NCBI GenBank assembly: GCA_965223155.1
Contig: CBDCVR010000014.1
Location: forward strand, 960,001-1,024,000
Reading direction: 5' to 3'
DNA: 64,000 bases
DNA from: Candidatus Multivoradales bacterium
GTDB taxonomy: Bacteria; Acidobacteriota; Thermoanaerobaculia; Multivoradales; JAHEKO01
Part shown: one piece after another, positions 9,013 through 18,752 of the stretch
Position numbering within the stretch: position 1 is the stretch's first letter
Layout of the letters: each line of letters begins with the position of its first letter
Notes under the pieces: generated by a model
The model's input: only the letters and a program-made list of their open reading frames with translations
Database searches by the model: none
Told to the model about the DNA's origin: nothing
Program-made: the position numbers and the translations under genes

Positions 9013-11204
9013 AGCACGACATCTTCGACTTCATCGACCTCTTCCTCGCCCTGGAGAATGGTGAGACAGGCTGGGCCGTCGAGAGGGTGAGATCATGGCA
9101 TCCCGATAGGTTCACCGAAACCTGCCGCCGGCACCAGGTGGCCGGCTATGCCTACCTTCTGCTGGAAAACCTGCAAATCGATCACCCCGAACTACTGCCG
9201 GCGGTGGCACGGCTTCGCGGAGACTACGTCGAGCAGTGGGCGGCCAACACCCGGCTGGCGTGGCGGTTTCTCGAGCTCGTAGCCGCCTTGGACGAGGCCT
9301 CCGTCCCCTTTGCCCTTCTCAAGGGGCTCTACTTGGCCGATCGATACTATGGAGCTCCGGACCGCCGGCCGATCGGCGACATCGACATCCTCGTAGCCCG
9401 CGAGAACCTCAGCGCCACCGCGGAGGCTCTTGAGTCTCTCGATCTCAAGCCCGTCGCAATCGGCGTCGAGGAAGCCGTACGGTCTTCGGCCCATCTCTAC
9501 CACGTCGAGTACTCGGCGCCCGGTCTTCGAGTTGAAGTCCACTGGGCCCTCAGAACGAACCCGACCTTCCGTATCGCGACGGACGAGATCCTGGCGCGCG
9601 CCGAGCCCTGGGTATTCCAAGGCAGGACGATCCGAGTCCCGCCGCCCGACGTCGACTTGCTCCTCCAACTCCTGGGACTCCATACCGATGTCAGCCTGGG
9701 AGAGGTGCTGTTTCGCAACTTCCTCGACATCCACAAGGTGTGCGCCAGACTTCAGGAGGTCGTGGACTGGTCTCGGTATCTGGACGAGCGAGAGCTGGAC
9801 GGGACACTGAAACTTTGTGTGAACACGCTCGCGATGTTTCTCGTTACGACCCGGCAGGAACCCACGTTCGAAGAGTTGGCGCGTGTCGTCAACGAGCGGC
9901 GCGAGCTTCTGGTGGGCCAACCCGACCGAGCCTATTACCGGGAGGTCCTTAGCTCCACGTCTCTGATCAAGCGCAAAGACTGGCCCTTCCGACAGTTCGA
10001 CACAGCGCTCGCGAAGACCGCGACCTGGTGGCTCAGAGGACTTCCGGCCCGAGCAAGAGCCCACGGAGCCTCTCTGCGGAAGCGCGCGCGTACCGGGCCG
10101 CGCGTGGAGCCCCTTTGGCCCAGCGGAAACTTCCGCTCAAAGGACATCCCGGGAAGTCCGGCTCTGGAGAGAGACTACGACGTCTCCCCGGCCTTGCTTC
10201 GCGAGGGTAGGCTGCGCTTCGGAAGCCTGGCGACCCGGCTTTTCTATAGCCGCGCAGCTTTCCGGTCGATGATCGAGGAGCTTTTTCGGCTGCGAGTCTC
10301 CGACCCGGAGGCCGCACCGTCCCGCTCCCGCGACGAGCTCGAGCTCTTCGTCTTCGATGTCGAGCCGGAGAGGTTCGAACGCTACGGCCGCTTCCGCACC
10401 GGCCGAGTCGACCTGACGCTCCAGAGCGTCGTCGAGCTCCGACACGGCATCGCGGCCGCCGAAATCCACCCGGCTGCCGTGCCCAACCGAATCTATCTTT
10501 CGGTTCTGACCCAGGGCCAATCGGAAGAGCACATCCTGCATTCGCTCATGATCGTGCTCTACAAGAGCCTCTTCGTCCTGGGTCGCTTGCAGCTCCACGC
10601 CGCGGCTATCGACTACCATGGTGCCGTGAATCTCTTTGTCGGCGAGAAGGGCGCGGGCAAGTCGACGATCAGCCTCTTCCTGGGACGAGCCGGGGGCACG
10701 ATTCTGGCGGAAGATCACGTCTTCCTGCACCGGACCGGCCAGTCGTTCTTGGTCAGCGGTTGCGACTTCACGATGCGCTTGACCGAAACGACGGAACGCC
10801 ATTTCTTTGATGCTCCTCTCGAGATCGAGCCGCGGCTGCACGCGGGAGTGCCAAAAAAGGAAGTGGACCTGAGGAACCTCGACATCTCGACTCGTCCGTT
10901 TCAGGACGAGCCCGTGCGGCGAGTGTTCTTCCCCCGGCTCGGCCACAGGCTCGCCCGCAGAAGGCTCTCCCCAGCGGAGGGGATCACCCGCCTTCTGGAC
11001 TTCGTTCATGAACGACATCGGCTGGCGGACGAAGACAGCATCGACTTTCTGGCGTTTTTTCGGGACCTGGCCGCTCAAGCAGAAATGTACGATCTCGAGC
11101 TCAGCTCGGACCTGGCCGACCTTAAGCTCCTGGCGCCGTGGCTCACGGGCCAGGCCGAGGGCGAGATCGAGGAGTCCGCGGGAGCGCTGGATTCCCGCCG
11201 CTAG
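9009..11204 (+). CDS. Fusion of a nucleotidyltransferase (NTP_transf_5-like) and an HPr-kinase-related P-loop kinase
   Basis: N-terminal LLKG...RPIGDIDILV...VEVHW; C-terminal LHAAAI...GEKGAGKST...LAED; GTG start overlaps the upstream stop (GTGA). Confidence 0.8.
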   Translation: MKHDIFDFIDLFLALENGETGWAVERVRSWHPDRFTETCRRHQVAGYAYLLLENLQIDHPELLPAVARLRGDYVEQWAANTRLAWRFLELVAALDEASVPFALLKGLYLADRYYGAPDRRPIGDIDILVARENLSATAEALESLDLKPVAIGVEEAVRSSAHLYHVEYSAPGLRVEVHWALRTNPTFRIATDEILARAEPWVFQGRTIRVPPPDVDLLLQLLGLHTDVSLGEVLFRNFLDIHKVCARLQEVVDWSRYLDERELDGTLKLCVNTLAMFLVTTRQEPTFEELARVVNERRELLVGQPDRAYYREVLSSTSLIKRKDWPFRQFDTALAKTATWWLRGLPARARAHGASLRKRARTGPRVEPLWPSGNFRSKDIPGSPALERDYDVSPALLREGRLRFGSLATRLFYSRAAFRSMIEELFRLRVSDPEAAPSRSRDELELFVFDVEPERFERYGRFRTGRVDLTLQSVVELRHGIAAAEIHPAAVPNRIYLSVLTQGQSEEHILHSLMIVLYKSLFVLGRLQLHAAAIDYHGAVNLFVGEKGAGKSTISLFLGRAGGTILAEDHVFLHRTGQSFLVSGCDFTMRLTETTERHFFDAPLEIEPRLHAGVPKKEVDLRNLDISTRPFQDEPVRRVFFPRLGHRLARRRLSPAEGITRLLDFVHERHRLADEDSIDFLAFFRDLAAQAEMYDLELSSDLADLKLLAPWLTGQAEGEIEESAGALDSRR

Positions 11205-12172
11205 AGCGGGTATTCGTTCTGTTCCAGCCGGAGTCCGAAGTTCTCGATCAGCCACCGGTTCCCATCGCGAGTCATCTCAGCGACCCTCTGCCTGGCTTCG
11301 CGCGACAGCCTGGGTAGCTCCCTCCTCTCTCGGCCCTCCCGCGCCTTGAGCCGAGGCTTCAAGTAGGCCCGTCGGTGCTTCGGGTTCAGGGCCCGCAGCA
11401 GCGATCGCCTCCAGCCTGGAGCCGCTACCTTCCGTAACCGGCCAAACGCCTTCTTCGAGCGCGCGTTTTCGCGGTGCCGTCCCACCAGTCGCTGTCCCAA
11501 CTCGGAGTCGATCTCTAGAAAACGGCAAACTCGGTCCACAAAAGCCCTCGGATTCCGCTTCAGGTCCTCGAACAGCAAAATCTCTACGGAATCACGACCG
11601 AAGGACGTTGCGAAAATCTCCGCCGTCGTAGCGTAGTCCAGGTGCGGGCCTATCTCTCCTTGCAGATCGTTCCAGAACCATTCATCGATCGGTACGAGCC
11701 GGTTCACCGTCGAGCCACGTTTCACCTGCTCCCGAACCGAGATCAGAAAATAGGCCGACTCGAGAAGATCCACCGGATGCCGCAACGTCATGAGGACCTT
11801 CGCTTCGCCAAAGACCTCGCGAAAGTTGGCCGCCCGACTGCGACGGGCCTCGGCGACATCCATCGACATCCCCTCCCAGGACCAGATCGGGATGCGATCT
11901 TGGCTGTCTTCGACGATCTCGAGAAAGAGAGTCTGGGCGCGCTCGAGGTCCGGATTCCGCCACTGGCGCCAGGCGATCTCCTCCATCAGCGAAGCGATCG
12001 CACGGTTCCTGCAACTGTGTCGCTGGCCGGCCCGTCTCAGTCCCGGCTGGCCACTGTAGATTCCGAGATAGTGAAGCTCCGGGTGCTCCATGAAGAGTCG
12101 CCATTGGAGAGTCTTGGTTCCCGTCCGCGGGAGACCGACATGAAGAATCGGACTGCGAGCTGCCGGACTCAC
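11201..12172 (-). CDS. Sulfotransferase (PAPS-dependent)
   Basis: HVGLPRTGTKTLQ 5'-PSB loop, LRHPVDLLESAY 3'-PB motif, LFEDL. Confidence 0.85.
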   Translation of the reverse strand: MSPAARSPILHVGLPRTGTKTLQWRLFMEHPELHYLGIYSGQPGLRRAGQRHSCRNRAIASLMEEIAWRQWRNPDLERAQTLFLEIVEDSQDRIPIWSWEGMSMDVAEARRSRAANFREVFGEAKVLMTLRHPVDLLESAYFLISVREQVKRGSTVNRLVPIDEWFWNDLQGEIGPHLDYATTAEIFATSFGRDSVEILLFEDLKRNPRAFVDRVCRFLEIDSELGQRLVGRHRENARSKKAFGRLRKVAAPGWRRSLLRALNPKHRRAYLKPRLKAREGRERRELPRLSREARQRVAEMTRDGNRWLIENFGLRLEQNEYPL

Positions 12173-13152
12173 AACGGATAGCCGTACTTCGCAAGCCCGA
12201 GGCCCAATTCGCCCGCCAGATCACGATGTCCCTTCGCCGTCGCGGCTTCCACCAGACGCACCGTTTCGCCGGACAACTCTAGCGTCAGGGGACGGGCGCC
12301 AAAGGCCGGGTGCTTCGACGTCAGCCCTAGCTGCTTCCTCCGCCGAAACGGTGAGAGCGAAGCGAACACCCAGCACCTCAGCCTCGAGGCTTGAATGCGT
12401 CGCACCCGTTCCCAATGGGCTTCCGTGAACCGCTCGTTGCTACGCCGGTCCTGCGCCAGCTCCCAGCCGAGCGCGGCATCGACGCCGAAGAAATCGCAGA
12501 CACCCTCGACAAACGACCGGGGATTCGAGCACAGATCCTCAAAGAGCTGGACCCGGACATGCTTCTTGCCGAAGTGCTGCTGATAGAGCTCGACCGTGTT
12601 GGCGAAGTCCAGTGAACCGGGCAGATCGTGCTCCTCGATGCGGAGTCGGACCCAGGTATCGAGATCGGGGAAACGAGGGCACGCGTAGCCCGTCGGCGCC
12701 GGCCGCTTGCCGAGCAGGGTCCCACGCAAATCTTGCAGGTACTTTGACGGCAGGTGATCGATGGGATTCCGCAGTACGAGGAGGATGCGACTCTCCGGCG
12801 CGACGGCCCGCAGCGCCTCTGCCACCTTGATCCGATGGGGCCTCGCCCCCTGGGCCACTCCCTCCCACGAGCCTACGACCGCGCGATGCGACGGTTCGAC
12901 CCGATCCATGACTCGATCCAGAAGCCGTTTGGCCCTCGCGTTGTCGGTGCCAGCCGAGCGGGGTTCCAGGACCAGGCGATGGAACTGGTCGACGTTCGGG
13001 TCCCGCCCGGCCGGGTAGGCCCGGCCTGGGCCCGCAGACTTGCCCAGAAAGTACACCTCGGGATGCCGGGCAAAGAGGTGGCGCTGGAGCGTCGTCGTGC
13101 CGGTCTTGTCCAGCCCCAAGTGCCAGCAGATCCGCGGCCCTGTCGTTTTCAC
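12169..13152 (-). CDS. Sulfotransferase (PAPS-dependent)
   Basis: HLGLDKTGTTTLQ, LRNPIDHLPSKY, LFEDL; paralogue of the neighbouring gene, both ending in YPL. Confidence 0.85.
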   Translation of the reverse strand: MKTTGPRICWHLGLDKTGTTTLQRHLFARHPEVYFLGKSAGPGRAYPAGRDPNVDQFHRLVLEPRSAGTDNARAKRLLDRVMDRVEPSHRAVVGSWEGVAQGARPHRIKVAEALRAVAPESRILLVLRNPIDHLPSKYLQDLRGTLLGKRPAPTGYACPRFPDLDTWVRLRIEEHDLPGSLDFANTVELYQQHFGKKHVRVQLFEDLCSNPRSFVEGVCDFFGVDAALGWELAQDRRSNERFTEAHWERVRRIQASRLRCWVFASLSPFRRRKQLGLTSKHPAFGARPLTLELSGETVRLVEAATAKGHRDLAGELGLGLAKYGYPL

Positions 13153-14963
13153 ACCCGCACCTCGGAGGGTTCTTCGACCGCGCCGAGCGCCGCTAGGTGC
13201 ATCCGGTACAACGTCGCGTACAGGCCTGCCTGCCCCATGAGCTCACCGTGGCTACCTTGCTCGGCGAGCCTCCCACCCTCGAGAACGAAGATCCGGTCCG
13301 CCATCCGTACGGTCGAGAACCGATGCGAGATCAAGAGGGTCGTGACCCCCGCCGCGAGGTCCCGAATCGCCGAGAAGATCCTCGCCTCCGCCGATACATC
13401 CAGGTTCGAGGTCGGCTCATCCAAGATCAGGATCGCGGGGCGCCGTCCCAGGGCACGAGCGATCGCCAGCCGCTGCCAGAGTCCGGCCGACAAGGTCACG
13501 GAACCGAATCGACGCCCGAGATGGGTATCGAGGCCCTCCGGAAGCCTCGCGACGATGTCATCGATCGAGGTCCGCTCGACGAGGCGCTCGATGGCCTCCC
13601 GGTCTCGGCCCAACGCCTCCCAGTCTCCGAACGCCAGGTTCTCGGCGGCGGTCGCCTCGTACGCTACCGGCCCCTGCGAAAGCAACGCCAATTGATCATG
13701 GTAGGCGCGCAGGTCCCAGTCGGTCACATGCTGCCCATCGACCAGGATCTCGCCTGCGGTCGGACGGTACAGCCGAGCCAGAAGCCTGGCCAGTGTCGTC
13801 TTCCCCGAGCCGTTGTGCCCCACGAGGGCGACCGTTTGGCCGGCCGCGATCCTCAGCGAGACTTTGTCCAGAGCGGGTCGCTTGGTCCGCGGATAGGTAA
13901 ACGACACCTCTCGAAGCTCGATCGCTCCGGCGATCCGCTCCCCGTGGCCCGACCCCGATTCCGAAATAGAGGGTGAGCTGGCCATGAAGTCCAGCAGGTA
14001 GGTGGAATAAAGAGAGCTCTCGAAAGCGCCCGCAATCGCGGACGCCAGACCCTGGTAGGCGCCGCGCAATCGCACTGCGGCCAGACCAAAGGCCGCAAAC
14101 TCGCCGACCATCAACGTCGACCCAAGGTCTCGCAGCAACATGCTCGACACCGCCGCCGTCAAGGCCGTGAGAAAGACGATCTGGGCTACGAGGACGCCAA
14201 CCGCCTGGCGCCTGTGCACCACCGCAAGCGACGCCACGATCTCTCCCAAGGTCTCTCGGAACCGGCCGATGAACAAAGAACCCAGATCCTGGATCTTGGT
14301 CGCGGACACCAGACCCGGCGAGGTCATGTGCGAGCGATAGTAGTTGCTCCACCGTCTCTTGGTAGTCCGTAGCCGCTCGAGCTCGAAGCGATCTCTCGCC
14401 GCGCTCAGGCGGTACTTGACGAACGGTAGAGCCGCCACCACCAGCACCGCCGCCCAGAAGGCCTGGATCCAAAACAAGACACCCAGCAGAGTCACGCTGC
14501 GTACGATCGTCTGGAGCGCGTCGACACTCGCACCCAGCAACCTGGTAAACGGTCTCCCCGGAACCTTGCTCGCGCGAGACAACATGTCCTGGGAATCAGA
14601 GTCTTCGAAGAAAGCTAGATCCAGCTCCCCGGCCTTGCGGAGAAGGTCCACGTTGAGCTCGACGTTGAGCTCGTCCGCAATCCGGTTGTCGGCAAAGGCC
14701 CTCAGGGCGGAGGCAACCGACTCGGCCAAAGCGAGAAGCACGAAGACGCCAAACAGCAGGAGGGTTCGCGATACGCCGGCGGAATCGAGCCCGCCAGATC
14801 GCAGACTCTGCACGGTGGCACCGAGCACCAGCGCCGAGGCCGCGGGGACGACCGCGGCTACGAGTGCGCTTCCCAGGAGAACGCCGCACAAGAAACGGGC
14901 ATCCTTCCAGGTTCTCGACAGAGCCCAGCGCGCTGCCGCGACGGCCTCGACTAGACGGGACAT
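13149..14963 (-). CDS. ABC exporter, fused permease and ATPase
   Basis: TM domain, GHNGSGKT Walker A, LSAGLWQR signature, ILDEPT, ISHR; start placed at MSRLVEAV. Confidence 0.9.
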   Translation of the reverse strand: MSRLVEAVAAARWALSRTWKDARFLCGVLLGSALVAAVVPAASALVLGATVQSLRSGGLDSAGVSRTLLLFGVFVLLALAESVASALRAFADNRIADELNVELNVDLLRKAGELDLAFFEDSDSQDMLSRASKVPGRPFTRLLGASVDALQTIVRSVTLLGVLFWIQAFWAAVLVVAALPFVKYRLSAARDRFELERLRTTKRRWSNYYRSHMTSPGLVSATKIQDLGSLFIGRFRETLGEIVASLAVVHRRQAVGVLVAQIVFLTALTAAVSSMLLRDLGSTLMVGEFAAFGLAAVRLRGAYQGLASAIAGAFESSLYSTYLLDFMASSPSISESGSGHGERIAGAIELREVSFTYPRTKRPALDKVSLRIAAGQTVALVGHNGSGKTTLARLLARLYRPTAGEILVDGQHVTDWDLRAYHDQLALLSQGPVAYEATAAENLAFGDWEALGRDREAIERLVERTSIDDIVARLPEGLDTHLGRRFGSVTLSAGLWQRLAIARALGRRPAILILDEPTSNLDVSAEARIFSAIRDLAAGVTTLLISHRFSTVRMADRIFVLEGGRLAEQGSHGELMGQAGLYATLYRMHLAALGAVEEPSEVRV

Positions 14964-15261
14964 GGCAAGCCCGGATTGTACAGCGAGGGGAAACGCAAAA
15001 AGGGCGATGCGCCCGGTCCCTTGAGGGAGTGGAGCAGTATCCCCGTCGGGCGACCTGAAGCCGCAAAGCAACGTGCAGCCAGGTTCGGGTGCCGGTTGTG
15101 AACCGGGCTCCTAAGGAGATACGTATCCTGTCACCGCATTTCCGATGCCCACCTTGGTCGGAGGGCCACCGGAGATTCCGGTGGTTCTCGAAGCCTGTGA
15201 AGCAACGTACCCTTTCGAGGACGACGGCGTGTTCTTGACCCGGCCGGTCGCAAGCTCGAGG

Positions 15262-16959
15262 CTAGCGAGAGATCACGAACTCGTCGAGGACGATCGAGCC
15301 CGAGCTTCCCGCGGGCGAGCCTCCGGGCAAGCCCGCATCCAGGCTGGTCACCACGAAACCGCTGTTGGAGAGGTTCTGCGCTGCTCCCCGGCCTCGGTTC
15401 TTCTTGACCAATCGAGCTCGACCTCCCCGGGACCACTCGATGGCGAGGGGCACGGCCCGCGAAGCCGGAACCGGCGTCCGAGCCACCAGCCGCTCGCCGC
15501 CGTCTTCCGTGGCAAAGAGCGAAGCCCGGTAGCGCCGGTTTCCAACTTGCTCGAGCTCCAATCGCGCAACCGTCCGCGCGCCGTTTCGAAGCCTCAGAAC
15601 GTCCGCCGCGCCGCGTCCCAGATCGACACCGTTGGCATCCAGGAAGAAGCTCACTGTGAGGTTGTCCTCCCGACGCGGGGCCGTCGTCCGGACGAACGAC
15701 CTCCCGGAACCGGCGCCCACCGCCAGGGCGAAGTCCGAGCGGCCGAAGCCCGGCTGCACGACCTCGACAGCGCCACCTGCGCGCCATGCGGAAAGGTCGC
15801 CCGACTCGAAGCCGTCCGCGAAGATCTGATTCCCGACGATGCGGTACACCGCGCCCGAAAGATCGACGACGTAGACCTCGCCATCGGCGTCCTCTCCGAA
15901 GCTCGAGATCGAAAGCGAGGTCTGGAGCAGGACACGAGAGACCCAACGCCCGTTCGCGCCAGGTTCGGCACCCCATATCGTGCCCGCGCAGAAGTCGCCG
16001 TAGATGTAGAGGCCATTGAGATCGGTCGATCGGGTCCCCCGATGGCGAAAGCCGCCGGTAACCGAACACCCCAGCGCATGGCTGTACTCGAGAATGGGCA
16101 GCTCCAGCCGGCTCGTATTGCAGCCCGTCGGAGGCTGGAAGCACCGCGACCCCTCCATGCGACGCCAGCCATAGTTCTCACCGCCGCGACTTCGCGCCAG
16201 CTGCCGGTTGACCTCCTCGACGGTGCGCTGACCGACGTCCGCTACGAACAGGTCGCCAGTTTCGCGGTCGAAGCTAAAGCGCCAGGGGTTGCGCAGCCCG
16301 TACGCCCAGATCTCCGGACGGGCACCGGACTCGGCAAGGAACGGATTGTCGGGAGGAATCGCAGCCGGCAGGCGGTCTACGTCCACCCGGAGCAGCTTGC
16401 CCAGGAGATTGCTCAGGTTCTGAGCGTTGTTCTGCGGGTCGCCACCCGAGCCCCCGTCTCCGGTGGCGATATAGAGGTAGCCGTCCGGCCCGAAGGCCAG
16501 ATGTCCGCCATTGTGATTGGCAAATGGTTGGTCGAAACCCAAGACGCGGCGTTCCGATCCTGGATCGGCGCGATTCGGGTCAGCCGAGACCCGAAACCGA
16601 GCGACGACCGAATCCCCCGAGAGATCGGTGTAGTTGACGAAGAAGAAGCCGTTGTCCGCGTACCCGGGATGAAACGCAAGACCCAGGAGACCCCGCTCTC
16701 GACAACAAGAGACCTTTCCGGTCAGATCCAGAAACGGCTCCGATCGGACGTTGCCCCGATTCAGGACCTTGATCCTGCCGCCCTGCTCCACCAGGAAAAG
16801 ACGACCGGAACCATCTTCCGCCGAAACGACGCCTACAGGCCGATCGAGGCCTGAGGCCACGGGCTCCAACGTCACGGAACCTTGAGCGGTCGCAGCCCCC
16901 GGCAGCCAGAGAGCGGCGGCGCTCAGCATCAGGCACGCTCGACGAAACATGCTCGCCAT
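15262..16959 (-). CDS. PQQ-dependent glucose/sorbosone dehydrogenase family protein with C-terminal extension
   Basis: Signal peptide; ERGLLGLAFHP, NHNGGHLAFGPDGYLYIATGDGG, WAYGLRNPWRFSFD; internal IFADGFESGD motif. Confidence 0.92.
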   Translation of the reverse strand: MASMFRRACLMLSAAALWLPGAATAQGSVTLEPVASGLDRPVGVVSAEDGSGRLFLVEQGGRIKVLNRGNVRSEPFLDLTGKVSCCRERGLLGLAFHPGYADNGFFFVNYTDLSGDSVVARFRVSADPNRADPGSERRVLGFDQPFANHNGGHLAFGPDGYLYIATGDGGSGGDPQNNAQNLSNLLGKLLRVDVDRLPAAIPPDNPFLAESGARPEIWAYGLRNPWRFSFDRETGDLFVADVGQRTVEEVNRQLARSRGGENYGWRRMEGSRCFQPPTGCNTSRLELPILEYSHALGCSVTGGFRHRGTRSTDLNGLYIYGDFCAGTIWGAEPGANGRWVSRVLLQTSLSISSFGEDADGEVYVVDLSGAVYRIVGNQIFADGFESGDLSAWRAGGAVEVVQPGFGRSDFALAVGAGSGRSFVRTTAPRREDNLTVSFFLDANGVDLGRGAADVLRLRNGARTVARLELEQVGNRRYRASLFATEDGGERLVARTPVPASRAVPLAIEWSRGGRARLVKKNRGRGAAQNLSNSGFVVTSLDAGLPGGSPAGSSGSIVLDEFVISR

Positions 16960-17087
16960 TCTGACACCCTCGAATCGCAAGTCTCGTGCCGCGGGTGGCG
17001 CAGGCCGGACCGGGGGTGGCTGGGGCGGACAAGAGCCACCAAGAACCTACTTCAGGTAGACGGAGGCCTCATAAACTACTGGTTCTC

Positions 17088-17136
17088 TTGGTGGAGCCGA
17101 TCGGGATCGAACCGACGACCTCTTGAATGCCATTCA
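17088..17136. repeat. Left att site: 49-bp duplicate of the tRNA-Ala 3' part
   Basis: Identical to 44857-44905; similarity extends to 17066/44835 with 3 mismatches. Confidence 0.95.
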
Positions 17137-17243
17137 GATAGTCAAACTCTGCGGGGCTTGGATCCCCTTTGATTTCGGCCTTATATATCTGGCTCTTCGA
17201 GCGTCGAACCTGCTAGAATCTGCTGCGGTTTGAGCCACTCTGC

Positions 17244-17258
17244 TTGCTATTTGATTGC
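17244..17258. repeat. Candidate integrase arm-type site TTGCTATTTGATTGC
   Basis: An identical 15-mer occurs inside the other end at 44793-44807; built from tandem TG(A/C)TTGC units. Confidence 0.7.
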
Positions 17259-17299
17259 TGATAGCCAGGCAGATCGAGTAGGCTGAGCCGTCCAATCGG

Positions 17300-18538
17300 A
17301 TGCGGAAGCGGATCACGAAGCGCTCTGTCGACGCCCTGAAGCCCGGCGCTCGGGACGCCTTTCTCTGGGACACCGACCTCACCGGCTTCGGCTGCAAGGT
17401 CACACCCAAGGGCCGCAAGGTCTACGTACTCCAGTACCGACCACGCGGCCAAGGCTGGAAGACTGCGCCGAAGCGAGTCACCATCGGCAAGCACGGCGAC
17501 CTGACTCCGGAGAAGGCCCGCAAGATCGCCTCCGAGCTCCTCTTCGAGGTGAAGTCGGGCGCCGACCCGGCAGCGGCCTGGAAGCCGGGCGAGGCGCCCA
17601 CCGTGGCGGATCTCGCCGAGCGCTTTATCCACGAGTACCTCCCCAACAAGAAGAGGCCGCCGCGGGACTCGACAGTCTGCTACTACGAGTTGCTCTTTCG
17701 CTGCCACGTCGTGCCCAGCCTCGGAGGCAAACGCGTCGAGGCCGTCGGCCCGGCCGACCTCGAACGGCTACACGCGCAGATGCGCAACACGCCGTACGTC
17801 GCCAACCGGACGCTGTCTCTCCTGCAGAACGCCTTCGACCAGGCGGAGCGTTGGGGGTGGCGTCCGCAAGCATCGAATCCGGCAGTGCACGTCGACAAGT
17901 ACCCCGAGGAGCGCCGTGGTGCCAAGAAGGAAGTCATGCTGACCCCCGAGCAAATGGCCACGCTCCTCGAGGCCATCGATGCTGAAGAGGAAGCGGGTGT
18001 GAACCCGATTGCCTGCGCAGCGATCCGCGTCGCCTTCTGGAGCGGCTGGAGAATCGGCGAAGTCCTGAGCCTGCAATGGGCTCACCTCGACCTCGAGAGT
18101 GGCGCCGCGAAGCTCCTGAACACGAAGACGGCAACCGAAGAACATCGCCACCTTCCCACCGAAGCGGTAGGTCTGCTAAAGGACCTTGCACGATTGGCTG
18201 GTTCGCCCTGGGCCTTCCCCGGTCGCTCGCCAAACAGACACCTGACCACCGTACGGAGGACGTGGATCCGCATTCGTGAGCGAGCCGGCCTAGATGACCT
18301 TGAAGGCCTTGGTGCGCTCCGAATCCACGACTTGCGGCACAACGTCGTTAGCTGGGACGTTTCCCGGGGTGTCCCCCTCGAGATTGCCGGCAAGACTGTC
18401 GGCCACCGCTCGCGGCGTGCTACTGAGGTCTATGCCCACTTTGCGCCAGACGCTCTCAAGCGTGCCGCGGATGCGCGCGCGAAGGCAATGCGCACCGCTC
18501 TCGAGAAGGGCGTGCGAAGCATGGGCGATTCGAACTGA
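17300..18538 (+). CDS. Tyrosine recombinase/integrase with N-terminal arm-DNA-binding domain
   Basis: LWDTDLTGFGCKVTPKGRK N-domain; catalytic GWRIGE, HDLRH, GHRS and VYAH intact. Confidence 0.95.
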   Translation: MRKRITKRSVDALKPGARDAFLWDTDLTGFGCKVTPKGRKVYVLQYRPRGQGWKTAPKRVTIGKHGDLTPEKARKIASELLFEVKSGADPAAAWKPGEAPTVADLAERFIHEYLPNKKRPPRDSTVCYYELLFRCHVVPSLGGKRVEAVGPADLERLHAQMRNTPYVANRTLSLLQNAFDQAERWGWRPQASNPAVHVDKYPEERRGAKKEVMLTPEQMATLLEAIDAEEEAGVNPIACAAIRVAFWSGWRIGEVLSLQWAHLDLESGAAKLLNTKTATEEHRHLPTEAVGLLKDLARLAGSPWAFPGRSPNRHLTTVRRTWIRIRERAGLDDLEGLGALRIHDLRHNVVSWDVSRGVPLEIAGKTVGHRSRRATEVYAHFAPDALKRAADARAKAMRTALEKGVRSMGDSN

Positions 18539-18752
18539 CTCGGTCCCAGCATGCCCGAAAAGTGCGCTGGTCGCATCAGGAGAAGTCGCAGACAGCCTGC
18601 CCAAGGGACCTCAACTCGCCCCGCGGTGCCCCCCTGTTGCTCGGGTTTGGAGTCCGAGGGTCTTCGACCTGAGCCGACCTTCGGTGATTCCTCTTGACCC
18701 TTCTTCCCTTCCGAAGCCAGGGCATCACTTTCAGGAGACGCTTGATCTTGAC

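Noticed and set aside
7725-14963. Complete lasso peptide cluster
   Set aside because: No asparagine-synthetase-like cyclase, transglutaminase-like peptidase or canonical precursor in the window.
17088-17136. Second tRNA-Ala gene
   Set aside because: Only the 3' part, from the anticodon arm to CCA, is present; it is the att duplicate.
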